From the NCBI RefSeq assembly GCF_000009705.1, contig NC_003272.1, positions 5,670,001 through 5,702,000 of the forward strand: a stretch of DNA of 32,000 nt, read 5' to 3'. The position numbers and the translations under genes were made by a program. The DNA comes from Nostoc sp. PCC 7120 = FACHB-418 (lineage in GTDB: Bacteria; Cyanobacteriota; Cyanobacteriia; Cyanobacteriales; Nostocaceae). Under the pieces are notes generated by a model that saw only the letters and a list, made by a program, of their open reading frames with translations, was not told the DNA's origin and did not search any database. Shown piece after piece: positions 1 to 7,538 of the stretch (position 1 is the stretch's first letter; each line of letters opens with the position of its first letter).

Positions 1-241
1 CCAGTGGTTAGTTAGTTTTACGTAACGTACATATTTTGAAAATTAATTATGTGGGCAAAATCATCTATGCCTTATCCATAAATACAGGAATATTTGCCTA
101 TTTATCCAGATTAAAATCGTCTTTTATATTTAGCACTCTCTAGGTTTGAGTGCTAAAAAGATATGCTATTATTTGGGGTGTTATTAAATAGTTTCAGGCA
201 TAAATTTAGAGGAGTATTTTATTTTTAATAATTATTTAACT

Positions 242-1153
242 TTGCCGTTCACGGATGGTAAAGGTGAATTAGCGGCCTTAGTTGCTGCTGGTTTGTGGGC
301 GATCGCTTCCGTACTGTATGGAATTGTAGGGCAAAGGATTCCGCCGCTACAGCTAAACTTGATCAAAGGAATCGTGGCGATCGCCTTTTTTTCCCTGACT
401 ATTTGGTTAACAGGCGAATCCCTATCTACTTCTAACCACACACCGATTTTGCTCCTTTGTTTGAGTGGTGTTGTTGGTATTGCTTTAGGGGATACGGCTT
501 TTTTGACTGCGGTCAATCATTTAGGGGCGCGTCGTGTTTTACTCATCGGCACTTTAGCCCCTCCCATGACAGCGATCGCCGCCAATATTGTCCTCCAAGA
601 ACAGTTAAATTTCCGCGCTTGGTGTGGGATTTTACTGACTATTATGGGGGTGGCTTGGGTAGTAACAGAACGGGTTCCCGATACAGGAGACAGGAGAGTA
701 AAGGATAGTCTTTTAATCCGGGGTCTTGGCTTTGCTTTGCTCGCAGCAATTACTAATGCCACAGGTACAGTAATCTCTCGTGTCGCATTTGCCACTGGTA
801 ACGTTACACCTTTGTGGGCGGCTTTACTGCGATTATCTGCGGCTGAGTTAATTTTGGTGGTAGGGATATGGTTGAGCCACAAACATCAAATGTCGTCCTA
901 TGCTTACAGAGAACCGTGGCGAATTATATTTATTAGTTGCTTCGCTTCTTTTTGCGGTACATATCTAGGAATTTGGCTACAACAGACAGCTATTAAACTC
1001 ACAGATGCGGGAGTTGCTTCTACACTGATGCAGACTAGTCCACTATTTGTTATCCCCCTGTCCCTATTTCTAGGTGAAAAAGTGAGTTGGCGAGCGATCG
1101 CCGGGGTGATAATTGCGATCACCGGTATTGGATTATTGTTTTATCTCAAATAA
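242..1153 (+). CDS. EamA/DMT-superfamily permease
   Basis: 303-aa ORF that is hydrophobic throughout. It has two similar multi-helix halves (GLWAIASVLYGIVG... and ...IAGVIIAITGIGLLFYLK), typical of EamA duplication. The start is TTG at 242, taken from the ORF track; there is no nearby in-frame ATG. The overlapping ORFs 232..516, 457..708, 517..882 and 904..1122 are shadow frames. Confidence 0.75.
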   Translation: MPFTDGKGELAALVAAGLWAIASVLYGIVGQRIPPLQLNLIKGIVAIAFFSLTIWLTGESLSTSNHTPILLLCLSGVVGIALGDTAFLTAVNHLGARRVLLIGTLAPPMTAIAANIVLQEQLNFRAWCGILLTIMGVAWVVTERVPDTGDRRVKDSLLIRGLGFALLAAITNATGTVISRVAFATGNVTPLWAALLRLSAAELILVVGIWLSHKHQMSSYAYREPWRIIFISCFASFCGTYLGIWLQQTAIKLTDAGVASTLMQTSPLFVIPLSLFLGEKVSWRAIAGVIIAITGIGLLFYLK

Positions 1154-1155
1154 CT

Positions 1156-2925
1156 TCATCTACCATTGATTTGCGGCTGCCAAACTCTGATCGTTTTATC
1201 TTTAGCGCTACTTACTAGGATTTGCTTTGCAGGGTTGGCGGCGATCGCTAAAATCCAGTCTGTATGTCCAGATATGGTGTCAAGTAATTTTCCCGTTTGC
1301 ATATCCCAGATTTTGAGCTTATTGTCAAGGCTGCCACTGACGAGGGTTTGTTCATCAATTCCCAAATTCAGAGTTACCACTCGTGAAGTATGCCCAAGCA
1401 AGGTATGTAGTAATTTACCTGTGGGCATTTGCCAAATCTTAATGCTTTTATCCCAACTACTGCTAGCCAGCATCTTACCATCACGGCTGAAGACCAACGC
1501 TCTTACTGTGTCCTGATGTTCGGTGATTGTGTGGAGGCATTCCCCTGTATATAAGTTCCAAATTTTGATCTTTTTATCAATGCCACCAGTAGCAAAAGTT
1601 TCCCCATCGGGACTCATCGCCACAGAGAAAATCCGACCTTGATGTCCCTTAATTGTGCGGAGTAGTTGTCCTGTGGGAAAGTTCCAAATTTGGATACTAC
1701 CATTTTCGTGAGCAGTGACCAGTGTTTGTCCATCGCTGCTGATAGCCAGTGACCAAATACCACCAGCATGAGAACTCAGAGTTCTTTTTATCCTTAATCT
1801 CTGGAGATTCCAGATTTTAATTGTCTTGTCTGCACTCCCACTGATCAAAGTCTGGTCATCTGGGGTGAGAGCGATCGCCCGTACTGTATCGGTATGTCCT
1901 TGCAGTGTGGTTGTAACCTTTGCTGTTTCTAGATTCCAAACTTTAATAGTTTGATCTTCGCTAGCACTCACTAAAGTTTGTCCATCTTTGGTGAGTGCAA
2001 CAGACCAAACCGAATCTGTATGACCAAATAATGTGTTAGTTAGGGTAGTACGTTTCTGGGCTAAAGTCGGATTTGGCTTGGGGATAGGTTCGGTAACTTT
2101 TTGGACAGTCGCAGCAAAAGGGGCGACTTTGAGAAAATAGTTCAAGGTGAGTAGAGAAGCAACGGCTGCTATTGTCCCCAGCATGAAAGTTAACTTTCCA
2201 GGGAAGGGGAAAACAGCTTTTTGGCTATACGTGAGATGAGTTTTAGCTACCAGCATCTGATCATCGTCTTCCGCTATCCTGAAAGCCAGAGGTAGTTCTT
2301 GCTGGATGATGGCTTGATTGGGGGTGGTAGGGGTGTCTAGTAAACGTATTTTCTGTTTACTAACGATCAGTAAATTTCCATCGGCTATGGAAGTATCTTT
2401 TATTTCATCCTGGGGCGCACAGACAAATAAATTGAGCAATTCTTCTTGCTTTAGGGCAATTTGGCTTTGCTCAATCACCTGTCTAGAAATTTTTACCCCA
2501 GCACGAGTAGGTTGGTAACTCCATAAGTTCTGAGTCACCAAGCTTTCTAAAGAAACTGGGAGATTTTGCCTGTCTATGATGGTTAGTGGCCCAGTACACA
2601 GACAAATAAAAATGTTTTCGAGTTGGCGGGGATGTAGTTTGCCTGCTAAATAGTAACAAAGAAAATAGGGAACATCACTGCGACCAAAATCATCCAGCCC
2701 ATCGTTGTATAACCAACCAAACAAGTTATGCTCTGAAGTTACCTGAAATAAGTATGCAGATCTATATCCAGCACTGGGTGGGTTATAGGCATCCCAATAC
2801 TGGTAAACCACCTTTTCTAAGAAGGCTTGCTGAATTTCCGGAGGAACTTCTTTACTCGCCACGGTTCTCAATCCCGCGATAGCAAAGCTGGTATATACAA
2901 GTTGACCTAAATGTAAAGGGGTCAT
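1156..2925 (-). CDS. Membrane-spanning WD40-repeat protein (unassigned N-terminal domain, one TM segment, seven-blade beta-propeller)
   Basis: 589-aa ORF. Residues ~297-589 hold seven consecutive ~42-aa WD40 units, e.g. GHTDTVRAIALTPDDQTLISGSADKTIKIWNL. A hydrophobic segment LTFMLGTIAAVASLLTLNYFLKV lies at aa ~245-267 (nt 2125..2193). I do not recognise the N-terminal ~135 aa (LVYTSF...FGWLYNDG...PYFLCYYL). Confidence 0.85.
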   Translation of the reverse strand: MTPLHLGQLVYTSFAIAGLRTVASKEVPPEIQQAFLEKVVYQYWDAYNPPSAGYRSAYLFQVTSEHNLFGWLYNDGLDDFGRSDVPYFLCYYLAGKLHPRQLENIFICLCTGPLTIIDRQNLPVSLESLVTQNLWSYQPTRAGVKISRQVIEQSQIALKQEELLNLFVCAPQDEIKDTSIADGNLLIVSKQKIRLLDTPTTPNQAIIQQELPLAFRIAEDDDQMLVAKTHLTYSQKAVFPFPGKLTFMLGTIAAVASLLTLNYFLKVAPFAATVQKVTEPIPKPNPTLAQKRTTLTNTLFGHTDSVWSVALTKDGQTLVSASEDQTIKVWNLETAKVTTTLQGHTDTVRAIALTPDDQTLISGSADKTIKIWNLQRLRIKRTLSSHAGGIWSLAISSDGQTLVTAHENGSIQIWNFPTGQLLRTIKGHQGRIFSVAMSPDGETFATGGIDKKIKIWNLYTGECLHTITEHQDTVRALVFSRDGKMLASSSWDKSIKIWQMPTGKLLHTLLGHTSRVVTLNLGIDEQTLVSGSLDNKLKIWDMQTGKLLDTISGHTDWILAIAANPAKQILVSSAKDKTIRVWQPQINGR

Positions 2926-2992
2926 ACTACGAGGGCAGGGGAAAGAGAATCTGATCTTTTATTAAATTTGGAAACTGGGAAATTTTATCAAA

Positions 2993-3985
2993 TTAATATT
3001 GTTTAATTGGGTTTGATGGTTGTTCTATGGTTGGTGCTTGTTGGGGAATAGATGTTAATGATTTGAAGGATAGGAAAAGTGATGCGATCGCCCCTAGTAA
3101 AATAGCACTTACCAAAGATACAAGTAAAACTTCCTTGGAGCTTTTTGGTCGTGGTATCCATGCAATAAATGACTGCTGGCTCGGTTCATCTGTCAAATCT
3201 TCTTGTGGTGGATAAATTTCCACATCGTTGAGATTTGATAACAACCACAGTAAGGGACTAGCTGCGCCTTTAGCTTTGAGACTGGAAACACCATCTAGAG
3301 AAACAATAGGAATAGCAGAATAAAATTTTTGATAGGTAGCTTTCAGGGAATCAAGATAGGTAATTAGTGGTTGCAGGTGCTGATCAATTTGTAGCAGGGT
3401 TGATGGATTGAGTTCGAGCAGATCGCACTTAGTCAAAATCAAGGCGAACGCATACTTAATATTATACTTGTAAACTACAGAGGCGATCGCTGCTACTTGG
3501 TTGTAAATATCCTCTAGTAAGTGCGGGTAATTTTGATCATTAATCAGAGCATTGGCATTAATGAATACACAGCAACCACTAGAAGTGAGGATCATTTCCT
3601 GAAAGTCAGGATTATGAATATTACAGGACTCACCAGGAATATCCCACCAACGAAAGTTGCACACTGTTTCCACACTTGAGCGAATTTGACGCTTCAAACT
3701 AAAGTTAAAATTAGTAATCTTAATTGTGGGAGGTGGGTAGAGATTGGTACGAGCAACGTGATTTTTAATATTTTCCAGGTTTGCTTGCACTTCCGTATCT
3801 TGACAATCAAACCACAACTTCTGAGGAGTATTCGTTTGACTATCAGGACTTAATTCTGTATAGCTGCCGGCGAGGAAAACTGTTTTGCCAACTCCTCGTT
3901 GACCAATACTTAAAAGACTAAATGTTTTGGGGGTAGTTGCAGTCGCTAAATTCATATCATCACCATCACTGTAATAATTATTCAA
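2993..3985 (-). CDS. Ras-like (TRAFAC-class) small GTPase with C-terminal membrane anchor
   Basis: 330-aa ORF with GTPase motifs in canonical order: G1 GQRGVGKT (nt 3881..3904), G3 DIPG within WWDIPGE (nt 3632..3643), G4 TKCD (nt 3422..3433) and a possible G5 SAI. A C-terminal hydrophobic helix VLLVSLVSAILLGAIASLFLSF (aa ~286-306) is followed by a short tail. An alternative start is Met11. Confidence 0.7.
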   Translation of the reverse strand: MNNYYSDGDDMNLATATTPKTFSLLSIGQRGVGKTVFLAGSYTELSPDSQTNTPQKLWFDCQDTEVQANLENIKNHVARTNLYPPPTIKITNFNFSLKRQIRSSVETVCNFRWWDIPGESCNIHNPDFQEMILTSSGCCVFINANALINDQNYPHLLEDIYNQVAAIASVVYKYNIKYAFALILTKCDLLELNPSTLLQIDQHLQPLITYLDSLKATYQKFYSAIPIVSLDGVSSLKAKGAASPLLWLLSNLNDVEIYPPQEDLTDEPSQQSFIAWIPRPKSSKEVLLVSLVSAILLGAIASLFLSFKSLTSIPQQAPTIEQPSNPIKQY

Positions 3986-4116
3986 TATTTTGTTGTGCTA
4001 TGGAAATTCTAGATAATTTGCAACATTCCCAGAAATGACATCCTAGAAATAGGCAATATCAATCACTACAAAAATATATAATTCTTTAGATTTAGTAGTT
4101 AGTTAATAACTACAAC

Positions 4117-4650
4117 TCACGTTAAGATACGACAATTATTCAGCAGAAAATCAAGTTCTTTCGCAACTGTTAAGGGATTTTTACCCTGGAATACAGAAGC
4201 GATTACGGCTTCATAAGGATTTCTTCCTGTACGTTTGACGGCGGCTATAGCATCTTGATTTGTAAATCCTCTACCGCAAACTAACCACGCAGCTAATACA
4301 TGGCCAGTACGTCCAATGCCACCAGAACAGTGAACCACAACTTTTTCCTTGAGTTTGTCTGCTTCTCTTAAAAATGGTAGTATTTTCTCTGTAAGAGTTG
4401 CTAAATCAGCTAGATGAAAATCAGCGATCGCTGCCAAACAAACTTGTTGATTGCCGAATTCTTGTTGATATGTATTTAAAAGATGGGAGTAAGTAGCTAG
4501 TTGTTCATTAGACAGAAGACAACACACTCGTTTTATATTTTGCTGCCTCATAAACTCTATCCAATTGCATACTTCTTGGTCTGAGTAACCAGGACGGGCA
4601 GCACCAAATACAATTGTTTCTTGTTCGTAAGCAGGGGCAAATTTGTACAT
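4117..4650 (-). CDS. Dual-specificity / protein-tyrosine phosphatase (Cys-X5-Arg family)
   Basis: 177-aa ORF containing VVVHCSGGIGRTGHVLAAW, which is the HCxxGxxR(S/T) P-loop signature of PTP/DSP enzymes. The size fits a single DSP catalytic domain. Confidence 0.8.
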   Translation of the reverse strand: MYKFAPAYEQETIVFGAARPGYSDQEVCNWIEFMRQQNIKRVCCLLSNEQLATYSHLLNTYQQEFGNQQVCLAAIADFHLADLATLTEKILPFLREADKLKEKVVVHCSGGIGRTGHVLAAWLVCGRGFTNQDAIAAVKRTGRNPYEAVIASVFQGKNPLTVAKELDFLLNNCRILT

Positions 4651-4831
4651 TCCAGCTATTTACCAACTATCTGAAAGTAGAGGCTAGACTAGTATATTGT
4701 TTTAAATAAAAATTTTCATATAGTTTGTAATTATTTTGCAATTCGTAGTCAGCATTCTTAACTACACACGAGGAATTACCCATTACGAATTACGCACCAT
4801 ATTCTTTAAATCATACCTGGAGGTGTTGACA

Positions 4832-4869
4832 ACCGTCCTTGGCTGCTGTTTCCCTGTAGGAAGGACGGT
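4832..4869 (-). other. Stem-loop immediately 3' of the 575-aa ORF
   Basis: Perfect 9-bp stem ACCGTCCTT (4832..4840) / AAGGACGGT (4861..4869) with a 20-nt loop. It starts 12 nt after the stop codon at 4881 on the minus strand. There is no U-tract, so its function as a terminator is uncertain. Confidence 0.3.
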
Positions 4870-4880
4870 AATCGGCTTAT

Positions 4881-6608
4881 TTAACTCAAGTTTGTATTAT
4901 TATCTAAATTTTTATTTTGTAAATTGCTAAGATTGCGACTAGCGACATCAGCACTAATTCCCCAGAGAATTAATCCTAAATAGTCGGAGAAAGGTCTAGC
5001 ACCAAAGGTGAGTCCGTTATCGACATAAAGCGAACCGATACCAACCAAAGACAAACCAACCAGCAGTGTCAAGGATAAAAAAGGGCGCACCAGCCAAAAT
5101 GTAGCTCCGATGCGTATGTCATCAGATACCCCAGAAAGCAATATTAGGAAATCTTGACAGCGAATTTTCCATTCCGGTTGGTTGCTCGGTATTGGGGAAA
5201 CTGCATCGGCTTGAATTAAAAACCTTTGTACTGAATCGGCTAGTTCTAGCAGTGAAAAAGCTTCGTTGTGCAGAAAATATTTATCTAATTGCCGTTTTTG
5301 ATTGAGGTTGGCTAAACCCTTCATTACTTCCTGCATACACCTTTGAGCAACAGCATCATTCCTTTGTGCTAACAGTGAACGAGTTTTAATGATATTTTTA
5401 TGCACCTCGTGAGCAATTTTATTGAGGCTGTCTTCTTGCTGCATCTCTAGTATTTGGTTTTCTATTTGTCTCAGTTTGTTTAAGGCTTCCAATCTGGCTT
5501 CAATGGCATCTATTTCTGCTAAGGCTTTATCTATCTTTTCCCATCTAATTAATTGTCCTACCCATTCAACCATGTTGTTGAGGATGTCTTGGTCTTCGCT
5601 ATGTCCTGCTTCTTGTCTAATTCTGGCTTTGAGGCGGTAAACTGCTTTAATAGCTCTGGTAATGTCGCTACCAGATTCCTGCATATATTTGAGTAATCGA
5701 CCTAAAATTACGCCAAATATTAATACCATTAGGGGTATAATTGGCCCAGAACGCATCCTCAAATCTACTGGTATGGCTAATCTTTGCGTTTGCTCTGATA
5801 GGGTGAAGTAAATAGTCCCTGTGTAACGATCTGGGGGGATGATAGAACGATTTAAATTTAATGGTAGAGTAATTATGCGATCGCCTACGGCGGGGCGTAG
5901 CCCATCGCCTGGTAAATTCACAGTTCCTTGAGATAAATTCAAGGCTGTCTCTGTTAATTGATAGCCTGTCTGCTCACCTCTGAGAATGACTTTAGCATCA
6001 ATGATAGTTACATACGCTTGATTAGGATTATCAAATTGAAGTTGCCACTGATTTAAAAATGCACTAGCTGGTAGTAAAGCTTTAGCAAGTAAGCAGTCGA
6101 AAAAGCTAAGAACACCATCACAGTTTACTAAGTGTAGTTGAATTTGTTCTGTACCACCCAAGGGAATGAGAGTCGGTCTAGCTTTAGCAATTACTTGAAT
6201 AGGAATATTTTGTGCTTGCGGCTGAGTCTGATTTGGTAGCAATACTTGGAGAGTTCCTTCATAAGTTCCGGGTAAACGAACATCCGTAACTTTTAGTTGG
6301 AAATCGTGAGGAATACCTACAGAAAGTTTTGTTTCACCTACTACAGTTACTTGGTGGCGGTTAATAATTTCGTTGCCTTCTTTTTGCCGCAAATCCGAGG
6401 CTAAAAAGACAAATTTCTCAATATTTTCTCTCTGAGCCGTTAATCTTAAGTTACCAACTAAAGCACTTTCTTCACCTAACCAGCCAGTAATATGTATAGA
6501 TTTATCACTAGAATCTACCAATATATTAGGTGCGGCTTTTGCTGGAAAAGCATGAGTAATGACCATTACACACAGCAACAGAGATATTATTCGGTATTTC
6601 ATGAGCAA
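4881..6608 (-). CDS. Exported/membrane protein of unknown function (signal peptide, beta-rich ectodomain, TM, cytoplasmic coiled coil, C-terminal hydrophobic region)
   Basis: 575-aa ORF. The N-terminal signal peptide is MLMKYRIISLLLCVMVITHAFPAKAAP. A ~260-aa beta-rich region contains two similar segments (PGTYEGTLQV / DRYTGTIYFTL). The TM segment is IIPLMVLIFGVILGRLL (aa ~288-306). A heptad-rich segment lies at aa ~350-445, and hydrophobic helices at aa ~503-527 and ~540-555. Confidence 0.65.
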   Translation of the reverse strand: MLMKYRIISLLLCVMVITHAFPAKAAPNILVDSSDKSIHITGWLGEESALVGNLRLTAQRENIEKFVFLASDLRQKEGNEIINRHQVTVVGETKLSVGIPHDFQLKVTDVRLPGTYEGTLQVLLPNQTQPQAQNIPIQVIAKARPTLIPLGGTEQIQLHLVNCDGVLSFFDCLLAKALLPASAFLNQWQLQFDNPNQAYVTIIDAKVILRGEQTGYQLTETALNLSQGTVNLPGDGLRPAVGDRIITLPLNLNRSIIPPDRYTGTIYFTLSEQTQRLAIPVDLRMRSGPIIPLMVLIFGVILGRLLKYMQESGSDITRAIKAVYRLKARIRQEAGHSEDQDILNNMVEWVGQLIRWEKIDKALAEIDAIEARLEALNKLRQIENQILEMQQEDSLNKIAHEVHKNIIKTRSLLAQRNDAVAQRCMQEVMKGLANLNQKRQLDKYFLHNEAFSLLELADSVQRFLIQADAVSPIPSNQPEWKIRCQDFLILLSGVSDDIRIGATFWLVRPFLSLTLLVGLSLVGIGSLYVDNGLTFGARPFSDYLGLILWGISADVASRNLSNLQNKNLDNNTNLS

Positions 6609-6914
6609 TTCTCAAGATGCAGAAGCAGATGAAGCGGATTGATATCAATAGGAATTACGCATGAAAAACGATTCAAGATATTAGGGAAAAATTAATTCAA
6701 AATACCATAGGGGTAAACTTGCGCCTGCGTCATAAAGGCAAGCGCTACAAAATTCAAAATTGTTACCGCAGCATCCCCGTGTAGAAAAAACATCAAGGTA
6801 TATTTTACTTCAGTTTCTCTTTTAGAGACGCTACTGCCAAACCACAGGACGGGAGATAAAGGATGTAATATCAAATCCTTCCTCCTAAGCTCTTATGACC
6901 CCTGCCTTCTATCT

Positions 6915-7538
6915 TTAATCATACAACCAAGTATTTGAAGAGAAATCATCATTAGTTTCTATCTGTTGTGTTGGGTACTTTTCAGGCAGACGATGTGATT
7001 TTCTATAATGTACTGGTTTATAGCTTTCTTTCTCTTGTCTTTGTTTTTCTAGCTGTTCTTTTTCTAGCTGTTCATTCAGTTGTCTTTGTTTTTCTAGCTG
7101 TTCTTTTTCTAGAAGTTCTTTTTCCTGTGCCAAAGCCAAAGATTTCTGTTCTTCTATCAGCTGGGAGTTAGCTTCTGCCAGTTGTAGGGCAGTTTTTTTG
7201 GTTTCGTCTAGTTCCTTGGTAAGTTTTTTGACTGAAGATTTTTGTTCAGATAAAGCTGATTGCAAATCATCTATTTTTTGCTGTAGCGATTTTTCCTGTT
7301 GTTCAGATTTTTGTAAACTTGCTTGTAATTCTTTGATAGTAGCTTCTAAATCTGCTTTAGTAGGAGTGCTACGTTTAGTAGCAGTTGCTTCCAGCGTCTG
7401 TTCTGATTCTTCTGGGGTAGTAGAAGTTTCTTCAACCACTTCTTGAGCTGTCACTTCAATGGCGGTTTCGCCAGCAGATGGTGTAAATTTTTGGGCTTCC
7501 TCTTGGATTAAGTCGGAGAGATTCTGTTTTCTAGGCAT
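6915..7538 (-). CDS. Q/E/K-rich coiled-coil protein, ParA-partner candidate (McdB-like)
   Basis: 207-aa ORF. Its ATG shares one nucleotide with the upstream ParA stop (TAATG on the minus strand at 7536..7540) and is preceded by a GGAGG Shine-Dalgarno. It has a basic N-terminus (MPRKQN), a long Q/E/K-rich heptad region (LQQKIDDLQSALSEQK..., EKEQLEKQRQ repeats), and a Trp four residues from the C-terminus (..NTWLYD). Confidence 0.6.
   Translation of the reverse strand: MPRKQNLSDLIQEEAQKFTPSAGETAIEVTAQEVVEETSTTPEESEQTLEATATKRSTPTKADLEATIKELQASLQKSEQQEKSLQQKIDDLQSALSEQKSSVKKLTKELDETKKTALQLAEANSQLIEEQKSLALAQEKELLEKEQLEKQRQLNEQLEKEQLEKQRQEKESYKPVHYRKSHRLPEKYPTQQIETNDDFSSNTWLYD

Noticed and set aside
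4785-4796. The 12-mer ACGAATTACGCA recurs at 9730..9741 (reverse complement, forming the last codons of the P450 gene). Partial copies lie at 6650..6660 and 28135..28146.
   Set aside because: An exact 12-mer match between two sites in 32 kb on both strands is expected many times by chance. It may belong to a genuine Nostoc repeat family, but this window alone cannot show that.
6692-6874. 60-aa minus-strand ORF between the 575-aa gene and the coiled-coil gene.
   Set aside because: It is short, with no ribosome-binding site, no motif and an odd composition. It lies in what is more plausibly the promoter/leader region of the 575-aa gene.
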